From positions 1 to 39,649 of IMG/VR virus record IMGVR_UViG_3300038797_000106: 39,649 nucleotides of DNA. The stretch is one strand, 5' to 3'. Positions 17,381 to 26,064 of the stretch are shown piece after piece (the stretch's first letter is position 1; the number at the start of each line of letters is the position of its first letter). The notes under the pieces are model-generated. The model was not told the DNA's origin. It worked only from the letters and a program-made list of their open reading frames with translations, and did not search any database. The translations under genes and the position numbers were made by a program. The stretch is from a virus. Taxonomy: Duplodnaviria > Caudoviricetes.

Positions 17381-18781
17381 TCAGGCTGCTTTGAGCAGTG
17401 GTAGCGAGATCAGTGCATGGGCCATCACTGGGCCGTCGGGGTTTCCAGATTCCAGCGCCTTGGACGCCAGGTCGAATGCATCACTGATCGCCCCCTTGTC
17501 ACCGCTCTGGTTGGCAGCGGCGATGCGCAACATGAATGCGGTGGCCGCCGGCGACATGCCAGCGGACTGCTTGCCCAGCTGATCGAGCGGGACAAGCGCT
17601 GATTGCACGGTGAAGGTATCGCCACCCGGGATCGGTGCCAGGTTTTCGAGGCGGCGTACTTCATTCCGGCTCATCCAGCCATTTTGCAGGGCCGTGTTGT
17701 ACCAGGCGCCACGGCCGGCGCTGTCAGCGCGCAGCAGGCCCTCTACGGCGAATTCAGCAAAGAACTCATCGGCATCAACCTCACCGATTAGGCATCGGGT
17801 GATTTCCTGTTCGATGTTGACGAGCAATGGCCGCAGGCTGTTGGTCAGAAAGTGCAGGTTCTGCGCCTCAACCGAGCTGGCCCAGCTGGACTGCTTATCC
17901 ATGTGCCCCACCATGAACGGCGGCACGCGGAACCATCGGCAGATTTCTTCAACGTTGAACGACCGAGACTCCAGCATCTGGGCCGCCTCAGGGTTCATCG
18001 TTATGCCCTGGTACTTCATGCCGGCCTCGGCCACCATGATCTTGCCGGCGTTCTTGGACCCCATGAAGGCGCCAAGGCTTGCCCTCAGCTGCTCACGCTG
18101 CTCAGGCTTCAGTAGCGTGTCGCTGCTGAGGATTCCTGAGGCCTGCATGCCCTGGGCAAACACCTTCGCAGCGGCCTCCTCAGCCGACATGGCCGAGCCG
18201 AAAATGTCACGGCCTGTAGTCACGGGGAGCATGCCGCACACACCATCCAGGCCAAACCCACGGATGTGCATCAGGCTCTTTTCGGGGATGTCCCGGTCAG
18301 TACCGTTTTCAACGTATGTGTACTTGAGCCTACCGTTGTCCTGCCGCTTCACCTTCATGCACTGAGGCAGCAGCGGCACCAGTGCGACCAGGCTGTTGCC
18401 AATGAACTTCTTCTCGACGAAGGCATTGCCTCGAAGGCAGATGCTCGCCACCACCAGCAGCATGAAGCGTTGCGGGGTCATTTCGCTGTTTGGCACCCGG
18501 CACAGCAGCCGGAACAGCGGGTGATCCTTGGCGGTTTCACGCGACCCGTCTGGCATGCGCCGGTACAGCTTCAGGGGCAAGGTAGAGACCGACTCCGATA
18601 GCAGCCGCACGCAGGCCCATACGGTGGACAGCTGCAGCGCCTTGTCGACCGTGACATGCTGGCCGCTCGCCGAGGTTCCAAACCACTCCTGCCAGAAAGC
18701 GCCGTCCTTCAAGCTGATGGGCACGCCCAGCCAGTCCAGCACAGCAGACTTGATCCGCCCTGGTTTCTTTTCGCGTGCCAT
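17381..18781 (-). CDS. Portal protein, HK97 family
   Basis: TVWACVRLLSESVSTLPL, LRGNAF, EEICRWFRVPP, NEVRRLENL. ATG overlaps the terL stop. Confidence 0.95.
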   Translation of the reverse strand: MAREKKPGRIKSAVLDWLGVPISLKDGAFWQEWFGTSASGQHVTVDKALQLSTVWACVRLLSESVSTLPLKLYRRMPDGSRETAKDHPLFRLLCRVPNSEMTPQRFMLLVVASICLRGNAFVEKKFIGNSLVALVPLLPQCMKVKRQDNGRLKYTYVENGTDRDIPEKSLMHIRGFGLDGVCGMLPVTTGRDIFGSAMSAEEAAAKVFAQGMQASGILSSDTLLKPEQREQLRASLGAFMGSKNAGKIMVAEAGMKYQGITMNPEAAQMLESRSFNVEEICRWFRVPPFMVGHMDKQSSWASSVEAQNLHFLTNSLRPLLVNIEQEITRCLIGEVDADEFFAEFAVEGLLRADSAGRGAWYNTALQNGWMSRNEVRRLENLAPIPGGDTFTVQSALVPLDQLGKQSAGMSPAATAFMLRIAAANQSGDKGAISDAFDLASKALESGNPDGPVMAHALISLPLLKAA

Positions 18782-20505
18782 TACAGTCCCACCATAATCG
18801 GGTTTTCGAAGAAGCCGCTTGCGTCCGGTTCGCCAGCATTCGCCAGCACTCGCCCGATGGCCATGATCAGCGCGACTGCGCCGTCTATCTTGTTGTCGTC
18901 GCCCTGCTTGATCGGGCGCACTACGTCGTCGTTGCCAGGCAGGAACTTGCCGATCACGTTGCCGATACACCAGGTCATGATCGGGTTACCGTCATGGTGG
19001 AACCGGCCAGCGGTGATAGCCGCTTCCAGCTCCTTCATGGCGTCCGACATGTTGGTGTAGTTCTGCGTGATAGTGATCGGGTTGAATCCCTCATCGTCCA
19101 GGTCGTGGCTCAGGCCTGTCGCGCCATGCGGGTCAATCGGCGACTCGCGCAGCGGTGCCTGGTGATTGGCTTCCTTGGTGTCCTCGAGGATCTCGCGGTA
19201 ATCGATCTCAGCGCCATCAGTAACATCCAGGTGCTTGGAGTTGACCCAGGCCTGGAACCGCTCCGACATGCGCTTGTTGTCGGTATTGAATGCCGTGTCG
19301 TAAGGTACCCAGAACTTGGGACCGACACTGTAATAGTGGGTCTTGCCATCGATGACCCGCCAGAACAGCCGTGCCCGCGAGTTCATGTCGAGCTTGCGAG
19401 CCAGGTCGAAGCCAGCAATCCACTCTTGGCCCTCGAACTGCTCCAAGGTCAGGTTCGTGTCTTCGCAGGCCTTCCAGTCCTCCATATTGAAGAAGCCGGA
19501 TTTGGCGCTCACCCATAGGTTCAGGTGCTTCGTCTTGAACGTGTTGGTGAAACGAGCGGAGCGGATCGCCCGCGCCTGCTGGCTTTCCAGGTACTCCTGA
19601 AACACCGAGATCCCATGGTTGGGGTTGGCCTTGGCCAGCATCTTCGGGTCGGTCCAGTCGTCACCTTCATCAAGCGTCCAGATGTACCCGAACAGCTCGT
19701 CGTCAGGAACCGTGCCCTCGAGCATCTCGATCACCTGGCGGCGCTTGTCGTAGCATGGCCCTTCGATATCAGCCCCTGCAGTGGTGATGATGAACATCAA
19801 GGGCTGTCGGCGCGCGCCCATGCCGGTGAGCATGGTGTCGTACTGCGCCGAGGTTCTGTGCTCGTGGTATTCGTCGACGATGGCACAGCTGGGCGACGCA
19901 CCGTCGCCTGGGTCGCCGATCAGTGGCTCGAAGCGGCTGAAGTCGGACGGTATGTTCATGTTCGAGGCGTTGACCTCGATGCCAGCAGCCTGGATCAGCA
20001 TTGGCGACTTGCTCACCATCAGCTTGGCCGGCCGGAAGACCTCCCAAGCCTGCTTCTCAGTCGTCGCGCCGGAGTAGACCTCGGCACCAAACTCACCATC
20101 TGCAACGAACATGCTGATGCCCACACCGGCCGCGATTACTGACTTGCCGTTCTTTCGCGGCACCTCCCAGTAGCTTTCTCGAAACCGGCGGTGCCCGCCC
20201 TTCTTCCTGACCCAGCCGAAGGTGACCGCCATACCGAACAGCTGCCAAGGCTCCAGGCTGATTAGCTGCCGTTTGAAGGCCCACTCACCCTTGGTGTGGG
20301 GAAGTAGCTGGATAAGCTTCAGCTTCTTCTCAGCCTTGGCCGGGTCGAACTTGAAGCGGAAACCCCGCTTTCGGCTCGCAGCCAAATCATCGAAGTGGCG
20401 CTGAATGGCCAGGTGAATGTATCGGCAGGCTGGGACTTTCCCGCGCAGCACGGAGCGCCCCCACGCCATCGCCTTGTCGACGTTGGGGTGCAGGGCCTTG
20501 GTCAT
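18781..20505 (-). CDS. terL: Terminase large subunit
   Basis: Walker A VPRKNGKS, Walker [14 protein letters not shown], nuclease KIDGAVA. Confidence 0.96.
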   Translation of the reverse strand: MTKALHPNVDKAMAWGRSVLRGKVPACRYIHLAIQRHFDDLAASRKRGFRFKFDPAKAEKKLKLIQLLPHTKGEWAFKRQLISLEPWQLFGMAVTFGWVRKKGGHRRFRESYWEVPRKNGKSVIAAGVGISMFVADGEFGAEVYSGATTEKQAWEVFRPAKLMVSKSPMLIQAAGIEVNASNMNIPSDFSRFEPLIGDPGDGASPSCAIVDEYHEHRTSAQYDTMLTGMGARRQPLMFIITTAGADIEGPCYDKRRQVIEMLEGTVPDDELFGYIWTLDEGDDWTDPKMLAKANPNHGISVFQEYLESQQARAIRSARFTNTFKTKHLNLWVSAKSGFFNMEDWKACEDTNLTLEQFEGQEWIAGFDLARKLDMNSRARLFWRVIDGKTHYYSVGPKFWVPYDTAFNTDNKRMSERFQAWVNSKHLDVTDGAEIDYREILEDTKEANHQAPLRESPIDPHGATGLSHDLDDEGFNPITITQNYTNMSDAMKELEAAITAGRFHHDGNPIMTWCIGNVIGKFLPGNDDVVRPIKQGDDNKIDGAVALIMAIGRVLANAGEPDASGFFENPIMVGL

Positions 20506-20991
20506 CTATGAGCTCAGTAGTTTGGCAAATTCGTTGGTGGCTTTTTCTTTATTGCCGCCGATCAGCCGGGTGCGACTGGACGGATCAAGGCCCAGCAGCG
20601 AGCCGAAGGTCACCATCTGGCGCATTGTTTCGTTGGCGGCGGTCAACGCCGGGTTCTTTACCGGCCCGCCCGTTGCTCCTGCCACCACGATGCCGTGCTC
20701 CTTGATCGACTCCTGGGCCATCCGCCAGTTGTCGTAGGCGGTGCAGAAGGCTTCGACGTTGTGCAGATCGGTGAGCGCGACGACGTTCTCGCGCAGTAGC
20801 TCTGGCAGGATCATCTTCCACATCACCGCGGCCCGCTCGCTCAGCCACTCTGGCGGATCGACATCGGTGATCTTGGAGAACTCCGGCTCAGCGTTATTCA
20901 GCGCTCTCTTGCCGGGGTTGCCGGCGAGCTTTTTCTTGGCCGTCGGCTTGGGTTTGCGACCACGGCCGGCGACCGTGGCGGTGCCTCCCAT
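20506..20991 (-). CDS. terS: Terminase small subunit, P27 family
   Basis: GRKPKPT...GNPGKR, KNPA, GLDPSSR. Confidence 0.93.
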   Translation of the reverse strand: MGGTATVAGRGRKPKPTAKKKLAGNPGKRALNNAEPEFSKITDVDPPEWLSERAAVMWKMILPELLRENVVALTDLHNVEAFCTAYDNWRMAQESIKEHGIVVAGATGGPVKNPALTAANETMRQMVTFGSLLGLDPSSRTRLIGGNKEKATNEFAKLLSS

Positions 20992-21036
20992 CGCGCAACT
21001 CCTGAATTTTTAATTTCGCGGGTGTAAAAAAACGAC

Positions 21037-21045
21037 TGAGGGCGC
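21037..21045 (-). other. Putative cos site (GCGCCCTCA)
   Basis: Between HNH and terS. One mismatch from the Pseudomonas phage D3 cohesive end as recalled (GCGCCCCCA). Confidence 0.55.
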
Positions 21046-21243
21046 GGTCTAGAAGCGAAAGGGTCTGAACTTTTGACCCTCCCCCTCCCCATTACCGAGA
21101 ATCCGTCTCATTTACGCCGCTTTTGGTCGATTTCGCGCGATTCGGCCGGGCTTTGGCACCAAACCGGTGCATCACCCTGACATCGAGGGTTTCTACAGCC
21201 CTCGTCATGAAAAAAATCTTAGAAAAATAAGATTTTTATAGCG

Positions 21244-21630
21244 CTATAAAATCTCGCGCCGGGCATTGCCGAACCCGCCGTCTTCAGATGCGGTCTTGGT
21301 GGAGTGGCACGGCGCGCATAGAGCCTGCCAATTGCCTCGATCCCAGAACAAAGCCATGTCGCCCTTATGCGGCCGGATGTGGTCGACATCCGTAGCCACT
21401 ACCACGAGGCCTTGGGCCTGGCACTTGATGCACAGCGGATGCTTAGCAAGATATCCAGCGCGGGCTTGCTGCCACTTGTAGCCGTAGCCGCGCGCTGTGG
21501 AGCTCTCGCGCGGCTTCTCTCGCACGTAGCTCTTAGCCTTGTCGGCATGAGCATCGCAGTAACCGTTGGCGTTGCGGTGCAGAGCACGACAGCCCGAGGC
21601 CCGGCATGGCCGCTGCGGCCTCACCGGCAT
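21244..21630 (-). CDS. Terminase-associated HNH endonuclease
   Basis: RGYGYKW, HPLC..C, VDHIRPH, NWQALC..CHS.KT. Confidence 0.92.
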   Translation of the reverse strand: MPVRPQRPCRASGCRALHRNANGYCDAHADKAKSYVREKPRESSTARGYGYKWQQARAGYLAKHPLCIKCQAQGLVVVATDVDHIRPHKGDMALFWDRGNWQALCAPCHSTKTASEDGGFGNARREIL

Positions 21631-21800
21631 GGCGCGCCACTCAGGTAGGTCTTCAGTGGCGCATCAGGATCGACACCACCTTCATCCGCCAGGGCTTCGA
21701 TCAGTGCCAGGTTCTGGGTTGCGATCTGCTCGAGCAGGCTTGTCTGCTTCTTCTGCTCTTCCAGCACCTGTTCCAGTAACGAGATCACGGGCTCGCTCAT
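21621..21800 (-). CDS. Small hypothetical protein
   Basis: MSEPVISLLEQVLEEQKKQ... coiled coil, overlapping the HNH start. Confidence 0.6.
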   Translation of the reverse strand: MSEPVISLLEQVLEEQKKQTSLLEQIATQNLALIEALADEGGVDPDAPLKTYLSGAPCR

Positions 21801-21860
21801 AGGCCACCTTTGTCCACTTGTTGATCCATGCACGCCGGGAGGCGCAGCCGCTGCAGGCCA

Positions 21861-22070
21861 TCAGCCTGGCACCGGCTCTACGACAACCGCTCCTTTCAGG
21901 ACGCGCGTGTAGAGCTCATCACCACCAGGCCGCTTGATGCGAGCAGGCTGGGGAGCAAAGCAGACAAGGCCTTTGCCCGTGTCACACCACAACACATGCG
22001 GGATTTCATTCCCGTTGACCAGCACACGCCGAGGGCCGCGCCCATCACTGGCAGAGTGGAAGCCGTGCAT
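21861..22070 (-). CDS. Hypothetical protein
   Basis: GGAGA RBS before MHGFHS..., in the late operon between the holins and HNH. Confidence 0.6.
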   Translation of the reverse strand: MHGFHSASDGRGPRRVLVNGNEIPHVLWCDTGKGLVCFAPQPARIKRPGGDELYTRVLKGAVVVEPVPG

Positions 22071-22091
22071 TGCCTGGTTTCTCCGATCCAT

Positions 22092-22373
22092 TCAATCCAC
22101 CCTTACGATCTTGGCCACATTCCCCTTGGCTCGGCATACCAGAACGGCTGCCAATAGGTAGAAAGCGGTGTTGAACCAGGAGGCGTCGGCAAAGTCGTCA
22201 TGCATCACCATTCGCCCAACGAGACTGATGAACTGCATGCCGGTAACAGCACACGCAGCCCATGCCATCAGGGACACACCAAGCTTGTATCGGGCGTCCG
22301 GGTAAGGTCGGTAGCGCAGCCCGATCATCACGAAGATGACCGCACACAGCGCAGCCTGGATAACGGCAACCAT
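22092..22373 (-). CDS. Phage holin family protein
   Basis: Three predicted TM segments, C-terminal KGNVAKI, adjacent to the other holin. Confidence 0.8.
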   Translation of the reverse strand: MVAVIQAALCAVIFVMIGLRYRPYPDARYKLGVSLMAWAACAVTGMQFISLVGRMVMHDDFADASWFNTAFYLLAAVLVCRAKGNVAKIVRVD

Positions 22374-22748
22374 TCAACCCTCCTTCCTGGCTCGCAGGCG
22401 GAAGACCCATTGCAGCCAGCTCGGCATGCGTCCGGTTTCCATCCATTCCAGCAAGCCGGAGAACGTGACCACGCAGAGCACACCACAGACAAAGGCGCTG
22501 AAGCCGGCGGTCTGGGTCCAGGCCCGACCCATCAGTTCAGCCGCACCAAAGTAGCCGCCGATCCAACCAGCCAGCAGGTAGCCGACGCGGCGCCAGGTGC
22601 TGATGTCCTTGGCGAACACCACATAGAAGAAAGCCCCACCGAATGCACCGACCAATGCGGCTAGATCCAGCTGGGGGAATGCAGCACCCAGGCCGACGCT
22701 GGCAAGTACGCCGGTCACTGCGAGGGCGCCGGTACTTGGCTCTGCCAT
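22374..22748 (-). CDS. Putative holin / antiholin
   Basis: MAEPST..., several TM segments (GAFGGAFFYVV), basic C-terminus, first late gene. Confidence 0.78.
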   Translation of the reverse strand: MAEPSTGALAVTGVLASVGLGAAFPQLDLAALVGAFGGAFFYVVFAKDISTWRRVGYLLAGWIGGYFGAAELMGRAWTQTAGFSAFVCGVLCVVTFSGLLEWMETGRMPSWLQWVFRLRARKEG

Positions 22749-22761
22749 AAGCACTGCTCCA

Positions 22762-22826
22762 TAAAAAAGCCCCGGCATTTGCCAGGGCCCAGAAACGACA
22801 AAGCCCAGCGCAATGGCCGGGCTTTT
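22762..22826 (-). terminator. Tandem terminator-like hairpins in the late leader (tR'-like)
   Basis: Two GC hairpins with T-tails on the minus strand (AAAGCCCGGCC...GCTGGGCTTT and GCCCTGGC...GCCGGGGCTTTTTT). Confidence 0.6.
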
Positions 22827-22871
22827 GTAGTGCCACTCCTCAGCAACGCGCAGGAATGACAGGATGGGGAA

Positions 22872-22901
22872 ATAATCGGCCATGCGGCCATTTGATGTCA
22901 A
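22872..22901 (-). promoter_or_regulatory. Putative late promoter pR'
   Basis: TTGACA-18 bp-GATTAT overlapping the stop of the Q-like gene, upstream of the terminators and holins. Confidence 0.55.
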
Positions 22902-23476
22902 GCAGCGTTTTCCATCGACAGGCCTTCGTAGCTCAAAATTTCTGCCGCAGCCTCCAGCGCCTCTTCGGCCATCTGCTTCAGCACGTCCTCGATATGCTTC
23001 CTCCAGCGGCGGCGCGTGCGCTCAGGCCGGGCATCCGGGTCCCACCGGTTGATGTCGTAGAATTGAGCCGGCAACACGATCATGTCGCTCGATCGCTTTC
23101 CGTCGGTGCCCTTCATCTTCGGGATAGCCCAGGCCGTTACGGCACTGGTGATGAACAGCTGCGGGGCATGGGAGGCAACCATGGGGATCAGGCGGCTGAT
23201 CGACTGAACCTTCCGCCCCTTGTGCGTGCTGAACCTCGCTACCAAAACATCCCAGTGCCGCGGTTTCAGCTGGCTGTGCAGCCTGGCGAACACCCAGCAG
23301 TCAGCATCCATTCGGCTGATCTCACCTCGCTCAACCGATCTGCTCAGGGTTGCCATGTCGTGGCCGTCTTCGCTGCCGGGCTCGTATAGCTTCTGCCAGG
23401 CCTGCTTGCTGGTGTTGTCGATAGCTTCTGCAGCCAGGGCCGAGACGACCGCCGCGAGTACGCTGCTGTAAATCAT
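22898..23476 (-). CDS. Putative late-gene regulator / antiterminator Q-like protein
   Basis: Last early gene before pR' and the holins, with a basic helical C-terminus (PERTRRRWR). The call rests mainly on synteny. Confidence 0.6.
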   Translation of the reverse strand: MIYSSVLAAVVSALAAEAIDNTSKQAWQKLYEPGSEDGHDMATLSRSVERGEISRMDADCWVFARLHSQLKPRHWDVLVARFSTHKGRKVQSISRLIPMVASHAPQLFITSAVTAWAIPKMKGTDGKRSSDMIVLPAQFYDINRWDPDARPERTRRRWRKHIEDVLKQMAEEALEAAAEILSYEGLSMENAA

Positions 23477-23486
23477 GTCCATCCCC

Positions 23487-23804
23487 CTAATCCCCGGTGT
23501 AGTTGGTGCCGCCGGCGCCGCGCCGGCTGCTTCCCTGATATGTAGCCTCAGGCCCGGATGCCTGAGGGTTCTTCAACTGCTCGATCTGCCGGAGCGCTGC
23601 CCGAAGCCTCAGGCTGAGCTGGGTCACCAGTTCATCCAGGGCCAGGGCCTCGCCGGTTGCAGCCACTACCCAGCCCGAGGCGTTGCAGTGGTCGCATGGC
23701 AGTTCGTGAAAAACGCCCAGAGTGACCGCTCTCCCACGGCACAATGGGCATACATCCAAATCGATTACGGCCTTCTTGAAAGCCGGGCCGTGGCTTTTTC
23801 TCAT
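23487..23804 (-). CDS. Zinc-finger hypothetical protein (CxxCxG repeats)
   Basis: CPLCRG...CDHCNASG. Confidence 0.7.
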   Translation of the reverse strand: MRKSHGPAFKKAVIDLDVCPLCRGRAVTLGVFHELPCDHCNASGWVVAATGEALALDELVTQLSLRLRAALRQIEQLKNPQASGPEATYQGSSRRGAGGTNYTGD

Positions 23805-24049
23805 TGGCGGGCACGCCCCTTTTTGGCTCGAAGCCACGGCTTGGTCGCACGGCTGCGCGGCACTACAGCACTGCTAGCCATAATCGGCTTTTCGAACTGC
23901 TCCAGGCCAAACAAGCCTCCTTCCCGCGGCGCCACGGTCACTTCCTCGCCGAGATCCAGGCCAAACCACTCATCAATGATCACCTGCCCAACGATTCGAC
24001 CGCTCACGCCGTAGAGGAAGGCGACGGCTCCATGCGCGGAAATACTCAT
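23801..24049 (-). CDS. Hypothetical protein
   Basis: ATGA overlaps with neighbours on both sides. Confidence 0.55.
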   Translation of the reverse strand: MSISAHGAVAFLYGVSGRIVGQVIIDEWFGLDLGEEVTVAPREGGLFGLEQFEKPIMASSAVVPRSRATKPWLRAKKGRARQ

Positions 24050-25344
24050 TTTGAATCCTCGCTAATTACAAATTCGGCAAGGTCGCTGGACGCTTTGTGT
24101 TCCGCTGGCTGGGCCGAATTCTGTGAAGTTTCGGATAAGGCCTTGGTAAGGCCGTGAATGGCACCAAAGCCAATGCCGTCTAACCAGGCGTGCCACTTCT
24201 CCAGGGCTGCCCGGCGTTGCTGCATAGCCTGGGTATGGATGTAGGTGCTGGCGATCTTGCCCAGCGTGTGGTTCAGCAGCATCTCGCCGATGTGGCCGTC
24301 GATACCGAGGTCGGTCCAGGTGGTGCGGGACACCTTGCGCAGGTCGTGGCTGGTCCACTCGCTCTGCCCCAGGCGGGTGAACACCATGCTCGCCTGGGTT
24401 TCGCTCAGCGGCAGCCCGCGGCGGTTCGGGAACAGGTACACGCCCTCATAGCCCCGGGCCTGCTGGATTGTCCGGTACCGGGTCAGCAGCGACGCCACCT
24501 GGGCGGTCAGTGGCAGTCGGTGCTCGGTGCGGGTCTTGGTGTTCGCCGCCGGGATGAACCATTCGGCAGCGGCCAGGGAGATCTCGCTCCAGCGCGCCAT
24601 GCGGGTCTCGCCGATCCGGGTGCCATGGGCCAGCATCATCAGGGCCAGCATGGCGTCGCCGGGCTCCTGCTCGAAGGCCTGGGCCAACTGCCGCATCAGC
24701 TCGGGCAACTGCACGCCACGCAGTCGTGCTGCCTTGGGCAGGATGCGGGCCTTGGTGAAGTCGTTGAAGCGCATGCCAGCCATGGGGTTGCGGTCGATCA
24801 GCCCAAGCTGCAGGGCCTGGCGGAAGGCGGTCAGCAGCAGCGCGAACATCTGCCGCAGGTACGACAGCGACACTTCGGCCTGGCACGGCCACATCAGGAG
24901 CTTGTCGAGCGTGTCGGCGTTCACATCGACGATGGCCAGGTTATCCAGGCGCGGCTTCAGGTGCTGGGCAATGGCAGACCGAGCGCCGGCCTTGCGCTTT
25001 GCCGACAGCGAGCGGTCGCGGGCCATGCGGTCGCCGTACCAGTCCAGCAGTTGGCCCACGGTGACCATGCCCGACACCACCGGCGCGGTAGCCGGGTCGC
25101 GCAGCATGCGCTGACGCAGCGCTGGCAGTTCGGCAATCACCGCCGCCACGCTCAGCTCGGGCCACCGGGCGACTGGCACCCACTTCTTGCCGCGCACCAG
25201 GTGCCAGGTTCCCCTCTCGCGGTTGCTCCAGAAGCGCAGGTACAGGCCAGGGTGCCGTGGGTCGCGCAGGTCGCGCACCGACTTGTCGGCGGCCTGCCGG
25301 CGCACCTCCGCTTCGCTCAGTTTCACTTCCCGGGTCGCGCTCAT
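24046..25344 (-). CDS. Second tyrosine recombinase / integrase-family protein
   Basis: Arm-binding-like N-terminus (DPRHPGLYLRF), catalytic GTRIGE, KTRTEH, HDLR, LNH, and Tyr in ASTY. Confidence 0.92.
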   Translation of the reverse strand: MSATREVKLSEAEVRRQAADKSVRDLRDPRHPGLYLRFWSNRERGTWHLVRGKKWVPVARWPELSVAAVIAELPALRQRMLRDPATAPVVSGMVTVGQLLDWYGDRMARDRSLSAKRKAGARSAIAQHLKPRLDNLAIVDVNADTLDKLLMWPCQAEVSLSYLRQMFALLLTAFRQALQLGLIDRNPMAGMRFNDFTKARILPKAARLRGVQLPELMRQLAQAFEQEPGDAMLALMMLAHGTRIGETRMARWSEISLAAAEWFIPAANTKTRTEHRLPLTAQVASLLTRYRTIQQARGYEGVYLFPNRRGLPLSETQASMVFTRLGQSEWTSHDLRKVSRTTWTDLGIDGHIGEMLLNHTLGKIASTYIHTQAMQQRRAALEKWHAWLDGIGFGAIHGLTKALSETSQNSAQPAEHKASSDLAEFVISEDSK

Positions 25345-25769
25345 GCAGCCACCGTGGCAGGCTGCAGCAGGTAGGATCGGATGGCTTCGACCGCGTCGAT
25401 GTTGCCCCGGCACACGATGGCCAGGTAGCCCTGGGCGGCGAGCGCTTGCAGGTAGGCATCCTGGCTGGGCGACACCGGCGCATCGAACGGCGGCATGGCC
25501 TTGAACTCGATGTACAGGCCGAAGTAGCCGCCCCGCGCCATCGGCAGCACCAGGTCAGGAACGCCAGCCTTCACCCCCTGCCCCTTCAGCTTGGCGGCCA
25601 CGGCCTTGACCCGGTGCCCGCCGTTTGGCACGTGGTAGATCAGTTTGTACGCCTGCGGGTAGCGCAGTTGCAGCTCCTGCATCAGCGCAGCCTGCTCCTG
25701 CCCTTCCCGGTCGATGGGCTTGGCGCGGGCCGGCTTGGCCTTGAACGGGCGAAGGGCAGGAGCATTCAT
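25341..25769 (-). CDS. VRR-NUC domain nuclease
   Basis: HVPNGG, GVKAGVPDL, LYIEFK, S.SQ motifs. Confidence 0.9.
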   Translation of the reverse strand: MNAPALRPFKAKPARAKPIDREGQEQAALMQELQLRYPQAYKLIYHVPNGGHRVKAVAAKLKGQGVKAGVPDLVLPMARGGYFGLYIEFKAMPPFDAPVSPSQDAYLQALAAQGYLAIVCRGNIDAVEAIRSYLLQPATVAA

Positions 25770-26062
25770 GCGATCAGCACCCCCTCGTTCAGCAGCAGCG
25801 CCTGGGTGCGCATGACGCCCTCGGCGTGGTACTGGCGGGCGGTATCGCGGTCGACGGCCTTGCTGCGCCCGTCGCAAGCGTCATGGCAGGCGCTGCAGCA
25901 CCACGCGCCCTGCAGGTCGTGCGGCTTCTTGCCGACTCCGCAGGTGCCGGCCAGCCGGTAGTGTGCCAGGACGGTGGTCTCGGGGTTGCCGTTGCACACG
26001 CCCGGAATGCGCACCTGGCAATCCCTGCCGCGCGCGGCCTTGGTCAGCTTGGTTTGCCGCAT
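25766..26062 (-). CDS. DUF1364-like protein
   Basis: ARGRDCQVRIPGVCNGNPETTVLAH, CSACHD. Confidence 0.85.
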   Translation of the reverse strand: MRQTKLTKAARGRDCQVRIPGVCNGNPETTVLAHYRLAGTCGVGKKPHDLQGAWCCSACHDACDGRSKAVDRDTARQYHAEGVMRTQALLLNEGVLIA

Positions 26063-26064
26063 GG

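Noticed and set aside
17381-18970. Extended N-termini in the ORF track (portal, Rz, endolysin, holin, recombinase, DnaC-like, cro, TerB-like, YfdP-like and others)
   Set aside because: The extensions overlap upstream genes or regulatory DNA. Downstream starts have an RBS or stop/start overlaps and match the family N-termini.
21091-21113. Fur-box-like sequence near cos (minus strand AAATGAGACGGATTCTCGGTAAT)
   Set aside because: Too degenerate to call, and more likely part of the packaging-site architecture.
24190-25374. 394-aa plus-strand ORF, and similar long antisense ORFs at 4235-5323, 15601-16632, 25963-26979, 30519-31475 and 38507-39388
   Set aside because: Mirror frames of real genes caused by codon bias, with no RBS or domain evidence.
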